Source: the human T2T-CHM13v2.0 reference genome, Homo sapiens
NCBI RefSeq assembly: GCF_009914755.1
Contig: NC_060928.1
Direction: 5' to 3' (one strand)
Length of the DNA stretch: 64,000 bases
The number at the start of each line of letters is the position of its first letter. Position 1 is the stretch's first letter. Below, one piece after another: positions 13,721 to 25,398 of this stretch. Both the position numbers and the translations under genes were made by a program. The notes under the pieces were generated by a model. The model worked only from the letters and a program-made list of their open reading frames with translations. It did no database searches and had not been told where the DNA came from.

Positions 13721-14070
13721 GCATTTTAATTTAAATTAAAACAGTAATTGGTAAGTACTTGCAAAATATGTTATCTGAACAGTTCAGCAAGGGATGGCAG
13801 GAATTTAGCTCCTCCACTCCTGACCTGGCTACTACAAATTAATCTCCATTAGTCTCACATCAATTAAAAATAAACAATTTAAATATAAATTGTGTACTTG
13901 CTACATAATTAATAAATCAGCACAAGTCCTTTAACTGACATACCACTAGATCTCTGTCCCCAAGATCCTCTCAGAATTTCTGGAATTGTTAATCTTTGTC
14001 ACCTGGTTCTTTTTTCCTTTTTTGTTTTCTAAAGTTCTGGAGTAAGAATTTCTGTACATCAAAGTTTAGA

Positions 14071-14370
14071 TTTTTTTTGTTTGTTTTTTCTTTTGAGACA
14101 GGGTCTCACTCTCTCACCAGGGTGGAGTGCAGTGGTGTGATCTCGACTCACTGCAACCTCCACCCCGTCCCCGGGCTCAAGAGACTTCAGCCTCCGGAGT
14201 AGCTGGGACCACAGACGCACACCACCGTGCCTGGCTATTTTTTGTATTTTTGGCAGATACAGGATCTCGCATGTTGCTCAGGCTCGTCTTGAACTCCCTG
14301 ACTCAAGCAGTCCGCCCACCTCAGCTTCCCAAATTGTTGGGATTAGAGGTGTGAACAACTACGCCTGACC
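14071..14370 (-). mobile_element. AluJ (AluJb-like)
   Basis: Antisense Alu with J-type 'gagacagggtctcactct' and 'gactcaagcagtccgcccacc'. Degenerate TSD agtttagattttt (14063) / agtttcgattttt (14371). Confidence 0.95.
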
Positions 14371-15598
14371 AGTTTCGATTTTTAAAATATTACATTTTTT
14401 CATGTTTATATCCTCATCATTTCATCCACAATATTTAAAAATGGCAGCATTCTAATATTGAGTCATGTTCTCAGAAAAAGAATAAAAGTTTCAAACTAGG
14501 TGTAAAACCTAGAAAAAAAGCCCAAGTTATCACTCAGAAACCTAATCTTAAAGGTATCCACCTATAAATCCTTTGCTGAATAACCTAATCTTGATCTCTG
14601 TTCACAGAAGCCTCCATTAACCAAGCCCATAGCATCAACAGAGGGAGAAATTTCAAAGGGTATAAATCCAAAGTGGAGTCGTGGTTGCTCTTAAAACTAA
14701 TCATACTTAATTCAAAATTTTTAATCATTTGTCATTCTTCTTTTATTCAGCTCCTGTCTTATTTTTCAACTGACATTTTGGAAATGAAACATCCCTGTAT
14801 ATTCAAAATTATTTTGCGGTTATTGAATTTTTCAGTTTTGTTAAACAATAAAAATCTATATCTTGCAAAACTCCAGCTATTGCTTCCATGAAATTGATAG
14901 AAAAACAAAGACACTGTTTTTCATGCTATTTACAAAACTTCTCATCAAATTGTAACATGACAAATATAGTTCTTTATCCTTTAAAGAACTATATTTCATG
15001 GATATATATAGTAGTTCTAACTATCATTAATGTAATAATTTATTTTTAAATATGTTCAAACATGATGTTCAACAAATATTAGTTTCATTATATAATTTCA
15101 CTAAAAAGAAAACCTAAGAAAGAAATAGTTTTTTAAGGTGAATATGCCCCAAAATTGTTTTCTGAAACATCAAAGTAATAACAGAATTTCCAAAGGTGGA
15201 TAAGTAAATATAAGGAAGTAAGCAACAAACATCTCTAAATTTTCAGTGTAAAATATAATGTTTATTTAAAGATATTTATGCAAGTCTGTAGTAATTTTTT
15301 TCAAACGTGCTAAGAAAAAGTCTCTTTAGAATAAATTAGCTAGAACTTTCTCACACTAATATAAAACTACCAGAAAAAGAAATAGAAAATGAACATGAAA
15401 ATTAGCATCTATACACTTTTATATGGGAGACTTCGTAAATGGAAATACTTTGCCTCTTTCTCTCTGTCTCCTTTTTCACTCATAAGGGTAACTCCATCTA
15501 CATTCTTGCTAAGAACAAACAGGAGTTGTGAAAAGAATTAGAGTTGGGGACTTTCCATCAGTATAAAAGGTCTTTGCTCATTAAGAATGGCAAAAACT

Positions 15599-15890
15599 GG
15601 CCAGGTGTGGTGGCTCACGCCTGTAATCTCAGCACTTTGGGAGACCAAGGCGGGCGGATCATGGCGTCAGGAGTTGGAGACCAGCCTGACCAGCGTGGTG
15701 AAACCCTGTCTCTACTAAACACACAAAAATCAGCTGGGCGTGGTGGTGAGCACCTGTAATCCCAGATACTCAGGAGGCTGAGGCGGAGAATTGCTTGAAC
15801 CTGGTAGGCAGAGTTTGCAGTGAACGGAAATCAAGCCACTGCACTCCAGCCTGGGCAACAGAGCAAGACTCCTTCTCAAAAAAAAAAAAA
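15599..15890 (+). mobile_element. AluS (AluSg-like)
   Basis: ggccaggtgtggtggctcacgcctgtaatc...gactccttctc plus poly(A). The flank 'gcaaaaact' appears on both sides (TSD). Confidence 0.95.
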
Positions 15891-16645
15891 ATGCAAAAAC
15901 TGCTTCATTAATCTGGCAACGTTATTGAATGAGATAGTCAAGACAAATTAATTGTCCACAAACCTCAGTCTTGTTTTTTAGCAACCACAACTTTCTCAGT
16001 TTTAACTTTTGGTGTGGCAGTTTTTATCAATGCAGTACATCTTTCCTCCTTTCTCAAACAGAGACCAATTTACATAAGCAACTTTCCCTTGAAGACTTTA
16101 TCATCATTGTGATAATAATTACCATGAATATCATAATGAGCATCTTTGTAAATGGTATTTTAATTTCTGTTATTAGGCCATTTATACAAAATATCATAAT
16201 TAATTAATACTTTTTTTCATTTGGTTGAATGCTAATGAAAATACTGATAAGAAAAGGAATATAATGTTGCTTAAATTTCTTTAATGAATAAACTGGCTAA
16301 TTCTTATTAAGACTACATTTAGCTTGAAATTATTTTAAGAATAGGAAGGAAATGACAATTCTGAGAATTATTTCAACATATGAAATCATATACTTTTGCA
16401 GATATGAGAGACATTTATGTTGCTTTTTTATATACATACAAATGAAAATGTCTTTTGAACATTTACTTGAATTTTCCTATCCTACAAATAAAACAGAGGC
16501 TTTCAATAGGTTTTATGTAGCTTTGTATGCTATACATAGTTTTATGTGGCTGGCTACTTATTTTTGCAGAAATCTTTCATCTATAGAAGAATTAAGAGTC
16601 ATGTTTTGGGAATAATCTATATTTTCTGGTAGCACTATGTTTGAC

Positions 16646-16957
16646 TTTTTAATTTTTCTATTAAACAAACAAACAAACAAGATCTCATTGTGTTGCCCAG
16701 GCTTGACTGCAGTGGCGTGATCACAGCTAACTGTAACCTTGACCTCACAGGCTCAAACAATCCCCCCACCTCAGCCTTCTGAGTAGCTGGGGCCATAGGC
16801 CTGTGCTGCCACATCTGGCTAATTTATTTTTTATGTTTGTAGAAATGAATTCTCACTGTGTTGTCCAGGCTTGTGTCAAACTCCTGGCCTCAAGCCATCC
16901 TCCCACCTTGGCCTCCCAAAGAGCCGGGATTGCAGTCATGAGCCACTGCACCCAGCC
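16646..16957 (-). mobile_element. AluJ (AluJo/Jr-like)
   Basis: 'gatcacagctaactgtaaccttgacctc...ggctcaaacaatcc' and 'aactcctggcctcaagccatcctcccacc' are AluJ-type. An (AAAC)n run sits at the tail junction. Confidence 0.92.
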
Positions 16958-17381
16958 TACTCTTTTCTTACGATGCCAAAACATTTGCATTGGTCGATGC
17001 AGTTTTTCCTTTAATTCCGCTTTTCACCAAACTAATATGAGGCAGCCAATGAAAGTTAGAAATACATAGTATTTTCTGACCAGAAGAAATAATAAATGTT
17101 GAAATAAAAGATTCAATCAAGATTTTTGGTTGCTAATTTTCTAAAGTGTTTCTTCACCATCTAGGTATTTTTCCAACTATGGACTCTGAAATCTATGGGA
17201 GAAAGTAAGTTATAATAAAAATATGGGAAAGAGTAGACTTTATTGTGCTCTACTGTTATAGAAGTATTTTTAGGTGGATTGTGTTTTTATTTCTATTTTT
17301 AAAATTTGCTCCAAATGTAAATAATGTGAGACTTGGCTTTGTAATTATTTTTTAATCCCAGTAGGTACATGAAAACATGTA

Positions 17382-17526
17382 CAATTGGTCCTCAGTATCC
17401 ATGGCATCTGCATCCATGGATTCAACCAGCCAAACATTGAAAATATTAGAAATTTGGGCATCTGTGGATTTTGATATGTATGGGGGAACCTAAAAACAAT
17501 CCCCCATAAGTGCCAAGGGAGGGCTG
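17382..17526. mobile_element. MER2 (Tigger/TcMar MITE), internally deleted
   Basis: Left end 'caattggtcctcagtatccatggcatctgcatccatggattcaacc' and right end 'aacaatcccccataagtgccaagggagggctg' resemble both MER2 termini. A TA precedes it at 17380-17381. Confidence 0.75.
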
Positions 17527-18048
17527 TGTGTCGTTTACACATGTAATATATTTTATTGATAATTCATGTCTATAACTTTGTTATAAAAAGAGTCCGAATA
17601 TTATCTGATGAAAAAAATGGGTATGGGAAGATAGAAGGAAATAAAGACAGAATGTGCATGTGTGTCTGTGTGTGAGTGTGCATGTAAGGTGTGTCTGTGT
17701 ATCTATATGTTTGTGTGTAAAAAGAAAAAGAGAAAGATAGAGGCAGATGAGAAAATGAGAATGTTAGAGAGTCAGACAGGTGGAGAATGCTGTTTTCCAA
17801 CATGTCAAAAGTGGTTTTCTCTATATTTGGGCAGGGTGCTTGTTTTTAACAAATTATTATTATTGTTATTTATAATCTCCAGGTCTTTTCTACTAAATAA
17901 AAATTATTTTTAAAAAGTCAGCTTCAAAAGTTAAAAAGCGCATCATCCCATTTAACTCAGAGGCTAAGCGCTTTCAGCAGCACATAATAAAACCTTCTTT
18001 AATGCATGTATTATCCCAAAGTCAAATGATCATAACAACAAATATGAT

Positions 18049-18260
18049 GGGCTGTGGCGGCTCATGCCTGTAATCCTAGAACCTTGGTAGGCCCAGGCAG
18101 GAGAATCACCTGAGGCCAGGAGTTCAAGACCCAACCTGGGCGACAAAGAGAGGCTCTGTCACTACAAAAATTAAAATAAAAATAACCTGGGCATGTTAAC
18201 ACATACCTGTGTTCCCAGCTACTCAGGGGCTGAGGTGGGAGGACTGCTGGATCTCAAAAG
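18049..18260 (+). mobile_element. AluJ, 3'-truncated (left arm plus part of right arm)
   Basis: 'ggctcatgcctgtaatcc...gaggccaggagttcaagacc...cccagctactcaggggctgaggtgggaggactgct'. No poly(A) tail. Confidence 0.9.
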
Positions 18261-18267
18261 TGTATAT

Positions 18268-18552
18268 TTGGCTCATGCCCTTACTTTATTCACCTCTCTG
18301 TTTAAATGCCACTTCCGAAGAAAATACTTCTGAATCATCCTTATGCATCTCTGTCATGATACCTGCTTTATGGTCGTCAGAGCACTTAATTCCACCAAAG
18401 ATTATACATTTCATGATGTCTTCCTACCTTCTCCACTAGTATAAAATCTTCACGACTATAGAGGCAGTGTTGCTTTTGTTCATTGCTTTACCCCCAGCAC
18501 CAAGAACAGCGTGTGGCACAAAAGAGATTCTCAATAACATTTCTTGAATGCT
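18268..18552 (+). mobile_element. L2 (L2a-like) 3' end
   Basis: 'ttgttcattgctttacccccagcaccaagaacagcgtgtggcacaaaagagattctcaataacatttcttgaatg' is the typical L2 3' terminus. Confidence 0.8.
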
Positions 18553-18815
18553 ATTAAAGTGAATTTGCATAGAAATATTTAATTGCAATTATTATTTGTA
18601 TTGAATACCTGGTGCTATGAGATTTAATTGGTGGTCTTAAGTCAACCTGAGTGTCAGAGTAGCCCTCCTTGCAAAGTGACAAGTGATAAGAGAATTAAGA
18701 TTTGAGGTTAATGAAAAGAGAATCTATGGGGCAAGAAGATGGAGCCAAGCACCTATAGCTGGGAGAAATGAAAAGAGAAGACACTCTAGAAAAGGGAATT
18801 TTGACAAGGCTGGAT

Positions 18816-19010
18816 CAGGGGGGTGCTGGTAAAATTTCATAACTGACTCTCAGGGGGAAAAGACGTGATCCATAGTATTTTCTAATTTCTGAGGCATAAA
18901 TGCTTCCACCATGATTTCAAGTTACCAGCGTGACATCACTGAATGCAAAGCTGAGTAAATATGCACAGAGGCACATCATTATATAATATTTCCAGCAAAC
19001 AGTTACAGTA
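18816..19010 (+). mobile_element. MER63-family hAT DNA transposon fragment
   Basis: 'gtgctggtaaaatttcataactgactctcaggggg' and 'ccaccatgatttcaagttaccagcgtgacatcactgaatgcaaagctg' match the MER63 consensus as I recall it. Confidence 0.7.
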
Positions 19011-19344
19011 GAAAAGGAATTCAGTCGTTTATTTGTTAATTATTCTGTGACTCAAATGGCATGAGGTACCTAAAATATCTGTAATCACTTTCTTTGTCAC
19101 ATATGTGAGATCTCCATGACATAATTAAGACCTACAACTACTAAACAGTGTTAGCAATATTATTCCTCAATGGGGAAGGGGTGATTTAAATTATTTAGGT
19201 GCATTTAAAAGTTCATTTGTCATCTTCTCTGTATACAATTCCATGAAAAACACTGTTTAAGAGAAAAATACTTTTAAGAAATCAGAGAATCTATGTATAT
19301 AGCTAGAAACTGTCCAATTTGAATAGAAAAGTCAAGTAAAATAA

Positions 19345-19915
19345 TGAAAATGCAATACATGGTATGTACATACAGTATTACTAAGCCTTTTTAAGGAAGG
19401 AAATTCTGCCATATGCAACAATATTAATGAACCTAGAGGACATTATACTAAGTGAACTAGGCCAGTCATAGGAAATATTGTATAATCCCACCTATATAAG
19501 CTATCTAAAATAGTCAAAATCATCGAAGCAGGAAACAGAATGGTGGTTGTGAGGGGATGAGAGGAGGAGGAAGTGAGTTGTTCAACTAGTATAAAGTATC
19601 AGTTATGTAAGATCACTAAATTATAGAGATTTTCTGTAGAGCATCATGCCTATAGTTAACAATATTGCTTTATACACTTAAAAATTTGTTAGGGTAGATC
19701 TCCAGCTAAGTGTTCTTACCAGACAAACAAACAACAAAATAAACAGGATGAAGAGGGAGGAATTTTGGAAATGACTGATATGTTTTGGATTTTTTTTTAC
19801 CTTGATTGTAATGATGATTTATAGTTGTATATGTATGTTCAAACCCATCAAATTGCATAGATGTCTGTAGTGTTTTGTATAACAAACATCTATAAAGATG
19901 TTTATAAAAAAATTT
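19345..19915 (+). mobile_element. L1MA10/L1MB-like 3' end
   Basis: 'aaggaaggaaattctgccatatgcaaca...atgaacctagaggacattatactaagtgaa...cctatagttaacaatattg...agggtagatctc' followed by an A-rich end. Confidence 0.85.
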
Positions 19916-20587
19916 TAAAAAGCAAGTAAAAAAATCAAAAGACCCTACAGAATGCACTGTAACAAGTAATAATTAACACCTACTTTCTAGAAAAACCTCT
20001 AGATGAGATACTATATTGATTTTTTAATTATTAAAACATTTTTTATTTTTTAAAAGGTGAGGTTTTTATTATGCCAAAAAAGATGAACCCATTCACATTT
20101 TAAAATATCAAACAGTACAAAATATGTTATGTAAATCTAACATCTCATGTCACATCTGAATGGCTTCATTTTCCACTTTCCCTCAAGATTAACAACTGCT
20201 ATCATTTTTTCTTAGCCTCCTTCCTGACCTGATCCAATGTATTTTTATGTCTTCATATGCCTGTGTAAACAAAACTATGTAAAACACTTTTCTACTTTAT
20301 GTACATCTTCTAGAATTAACCGTTTCTATCTAATTGTTCCATTGCGTCCTGTAAATATGGTTCCCCAAACAATGTCCAGATGGTTGTCATTAGAGCAGCC
20401 TACTGTTTTTTTGTTGTTGTTAATCTGTTATCTCAGATTTGGCATTCCCTAGAAATCATCCACTTTTTTAAACAGTCTCATCTAAATATGCTTTGGTTTC
20501 CTCTGTCAATCTGAACCAATCTGTTTTTTATCTTCTGTTTTTCAAGATTTCTTTTCATTTCAAAATATTTGGTCTCCTAATGACCTT

Positions 20588-20800
20588 GCATTCATTAGGG
20601 TTCTTTGATTACCAGCAACAGAAGCTGAATCCAATTAAGAAAAATAAATATATTGAGAGACAATGAGTCTTCACAGACTAGTCATGAAACTGAGAAAAGA
20701 GGCTCTGGCAAGGATAAAGTGCAAAAATATATTAATGCAAACAATATGACCACTGTTTTTGGAATGAATAGACCTGAAGCACTTTACTGTCCTCAAGATG
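20588..20800 (-). mobile_element. Possible old MLT1 (MaLR) LTR fragment
   Basis: 'tgcattcattagggttctttgattaccagcaacagaagctgaatcc' resembles antisense MLT1 LTR ends. Weak match. Confidence 0.35.
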
Positions 20801-22031
20801 CCGCTTCAGAGGGAATTGTATAGGAAAAAATATTGGCAAATACATACTTTAAAAAGTAATCATAAAAATTGATCAAAATAATTTACACTCAAAGCAATAA
20901 AAGATTGTGTTGATGAAAATGAAGTTCACAGGTCTGAAAGTCACACTTTTGTTAAATTTAAGCCTAGAGTCCAGATCTCTGTGTGATGTTTCTTGTTAAC
21001 AAGAAGTATTAATAGCATCTTAAAATGCAAGGTATTATTACATAACTGCATGAATTGCATTTCTTTTTGAATTTTGATTAACTAACACAGAAATTATTTT
21101 CTGGAGAATGATTCCAGATGATAAAAAGTCAAAATGAAGCCTATATTCTTTTTCTTTGTTGTTTTCTTTTAGATCATTTTAATAGACTACATATGTACTG
21201 AACTGTGCATTCCTTGTGGCAAAAGAAAATATTTAATTCTTCTTCAAACAGCAAACGTTTTTAAGAGTGCTCTCACATCAAAAGAGCCCAATTTAAGTTT
21301 GTTAAATAAAGCTTTAATATAGAGAGAAGCTTTAAGTTTTCATTTCAAAATAATTCTTAGGCATCAGCACAACAGGACAGATAGGCACTTACTTTCTTTC
21401 TGTTTAAACGTGAGTCATGTTAGTTTATTTATTATGTGAATTTTTCTAGTGGCTTCGAGTTTTGAATTGAAGTGAAACTTCACATCACAATGATGAATGG
21501 AGCTCTGCTACATTTTAGCTATCGAAAATATTTCAAAAATAAGAACTCAAGACCAAGTCTTACTTGGAGAGAGCCATAAACATATTCATGTTGGCTGAAA
21601 GCAGATAATATTATTAACTGAGTACTCATAATTAAAATATGAAAAATGTATTATCATCACAGAAAAGTGATCATAAAACCATAGAAAAATCATAGATTGT
21701 ATTGGCATTTATTTTCAGCAGCTTGATGTGTAGTTTCTGCTATTCAATTTCCTACATCATAAGAGTAATAATAAATGAGTGTTTCTAGCTTCCTTTCCCA
21801 CACTCCACTAGCTAAAGATGATTCTGGTTTGTTCTTTTTTTCTCTCCCCCATTTTTCTGTGGAGACTGAACAATGTCAGTCAACCTCTGAACATAACAGA
21901 AGGATGGCGATTATGAGAAAGTGCTAGAGAGGAGAGAGGGTTGGAAGGATCTAGCAAAGACTGAAGAAATGCAAACAAAATAAATGTTTATATGAACACT
22001 TTTATTTGCTCCAAAACAAAGTTAAAATTTT

Positions 22032-22362
<331 letters not shown>

Positions 22363-24336
22363 TTACAGCCTTTTTGGAGCTATTTCAGGCTCTGAAGCAA
22401 CCCAAAGGATTTTGAATATAAATGTAGAACAAAGCAACACTTTGAATCGCTATCATATCCTTTAATTCGGTGAAAAGCTGTGTTATCTGTGAAACGTGGA
22501 CAAGCGATGTATATTGAACTCCAAATATAGCATCTTAAACAGTTCTGGCAGGATGACTGATTCACACAAGATATAAAAGCTTCAGTAGTTAAGAAAAATA
22601 ATTTGGGGGTAGGTGTTCATTGTATCATGTTGTAGATTTGTTTTGGCAAAAGCAAATGAATTTCATCAAATCTGTTATGCCATATCTTTGTACTTTTCCC
22701 CAGGAATATGTATACCCTGCAAACAAAAACGATGTTCTTACTTTTGTTGACAGATTCTAATAACCAATATCCATCTGAAATATCTATCAGGCCTCAGACA
22801 ATATTTTGAGAGTTTTTTAGTAATGATTTGCAGGACATTCTGAAGATCACATCCTCCCTTTTCAAATATATAATTTCACTGATTAACGATGCAAACATCA
22901 CATTTTAGATCTTAAATGACATTGGTATCCAGTAACTTTTGAACAACTGACTTTGTGCAATCATATCCATTAGCTTGTCCAAACAATACAAAAATCTAAT
23001 TTATCAGTTTAAAATAAATGTTGAGTGATAAGTAGATTTTTAAACATAACGAAAATTAAAATTTAATTCCTTAAAAAGTTTATGTGTGGTGGATTCAAGA
23101 TGACTGAATAGGAACAGCATTGGTCTGCAGCTCCCAGCAAGACTGACACAAAAGATGGGTGATTTCTTTATTTCCAACCGAGGTACCTGTTTCATCTCAT
23201 TGGGACTGGTTGGAGAGTGAGTGCAGCCCACGGAGGGTGAGTTGAAGCAGGGTGGGGTGTCGCCTCACCTGGGAAGCGCAAGGGGTCGGGGAATTTTCCC
23301 CCTACCCAAGGGAAGCCGTCAAGGTCTGAGCCTGAGGAATTCCCGCACAGATAAAGCGCTTGTCCCTCGGTCTTCGCAACCCACAAACCAGGAGATCCCC
23401 TCTTGTGCCTACCCCACCAGGGCCCAGGGTTTCAAGTACAAAACTGGGTGGCAAATTGGGCAGACACTGAACTAGCTGCAGGAGCTCTTTTTTTTCCATA
23501 CCCCAGTGGTGCCTGGAATGCCAGTGAGACAGAACTGTTCACTCCCCTGGAAAGGGGTGCTGAAGCAAGGGAGCGAAGTGGTCTGGCTTGGTGGGTCCCA
23601 CCCCCATGGAGCCCAGGAAACTAGGAGCCACTGGCTTGAAATTCTCACTGCCAACACAGCAGCAATCTGAGATCCACTTGGGACAGTCCAGCTTGGTACG
23701 GGGAGGGGCGTCCGCCACTGCTGAGGCTCAAGTAGGGCGGTTTGAGGTCACAGTGTAAACAAGGGTGCTGGGAACTTCTAACTGGGCAGAGATCACAGCA
23801 GCTCAGCAAGGCAGCTGTGGCCAGATTGCCAGATTTCTCCTCTCTGGAAAGGGTACCTCTTTAAAAATGCAGCAGTCCCAGTCAGGGCCTTATAGCAGAC
23901 TTAAAAGTCCCTGCCTGGAAGCTCTGAAGAGAGCAGCAGACCTCCCAGCACAGTGTTCGAGCTCTGCTAAGGGTCAGACTGCCTCCTCTAGTGGGTCCCT
24001 GACCCCTGTGTATGCTGACTTGGAGACACCTCCCAGTAGGGGCCGACAGACACCTCATACAGGAGAGCTCTGACTGGCATCTGGCAGGTGCCCTTCTGGG
24101 TTGAAGCTTCCAAAGGAAAGAACAGGAAGCAATCTTTGCTGCTCTGCAGCCTCTGCTGGTGATACCCAGGCAAACAGCGTTGGGAGTGGACCTCCAGCAA
24201 ACTCCAGCAGACTAGCAGCAGAGGGGCCTGACTATTAGAAGGAAAAGAAATAGACAGAAAGGATTAGCACATCCACTCAAAGATCCCATCCGTAGGTCAC
24301 CAACATCAAAGACCAAAGGTAGAGAAATCCACAAAA

Positions 24337-25335
24337 ATTAGAAAATAACAGTGCAAAAAGGCTGAAAATTCTAAAACCAGAACACCTCTCCTCCTCCAAA
24401 GGATCACAACTCCTCACCAGCACAGGAACAAAACTGAATGGAGAATGAGTTTGATGAACTGGCAAAAGTAGGCTTCAGAAAGTGGGTAATAACAAACTCC
24501 TCTGAGCTAAAGGAGCACGTTCTAACCCAATGCAAGGAGGTAAGAACCTTGGAAAAAGGATAGCCGAATTGCTAACCAGAATAACCAATGTAGAGAAGAA
24601 CATAAACGACCTGATGGAGCTGAAAAAACACAGCACAACAACTTCGTGAAGTATTCGCAAGTATCAATAGCCAAATCGATTAAGCAGAAGAAAGGATATC
24701 AGTGACTGAAGATCAACTTAATGAAATAAAGAGAGAAGACAAGATTAGAGAAAAAAGAATAAAAAGGAATGAACAAAGCCTCCAAGAAATATGGGACTAT
24801 GTGAAAACTCATTCTACGTTTGACTGGTGTACCTGAAAGTGACAGGGAGAATGGAACCAAGTTGTAAGTCACGCTTCAGGATATTATCCAGGAGAACTTC
24901 CTCAACCTAGCAAGAGAGGCCAACATTCAAATTTAGGAAATACGAGAACACCACAAAGATACTCCTCAAGAAGAGCAACCCGAAGACATATAATCGTCAG
25001 ATTCACCGAGGTTGAAATGAAGGAAAAAAGTTAGACCAGAGAGAAAGGTCAGATTACCCACAAAGGGAAGCCCATCAGACTGACAGCGGATCTATCTGCA
25101 GAAACCCTACAAGCCAGAAGAGAGTGGGGGCCAATATTCTATGTTCTCAAAGAAAAGAATTTTCAACCTAGAATTTCATATCCAGCCAAATAAAGCTTCA
25201 TAAGGAAGGAGAAATAAAATCCTTTACAGACAAGTAAATGCTGAGGGATTTGTCACCACCAGCCATACCTTACAACAGCTCCTGAAGGAATCACTAAACA
25301 TGTACCAGCCACTGCAAAAACATACCAAATTGTAA
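24337..25335 (+). pseudogene. L1 ORF1p remnant (start codon mutated, stops and frameshifts)
   Basis: The expected ATG position reads ATT ('ccacaaaaattag'). ORF1 motifs 'gaacaaagcctccaagaaatatgggactatgtg' and 'caaagggaagcccatcagactgacagcggatct'. Ends at 'ccaaattgtaa'. Confidence 0.9.
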
Positions 25336-25398
25336 AGAACATTGACACTATGAAAAAACTGCATTAACTAATGGGCAAAACAACCAGCTAGCACCATA

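Noticed and set aside
21145-21415. Plus-strand acceptor (ttttcttttag) and donor (aac|gtgagt) pair
   Set aside because: The enclosed sequence is AT-rich and stop-rich, and such motifs are common by chance.
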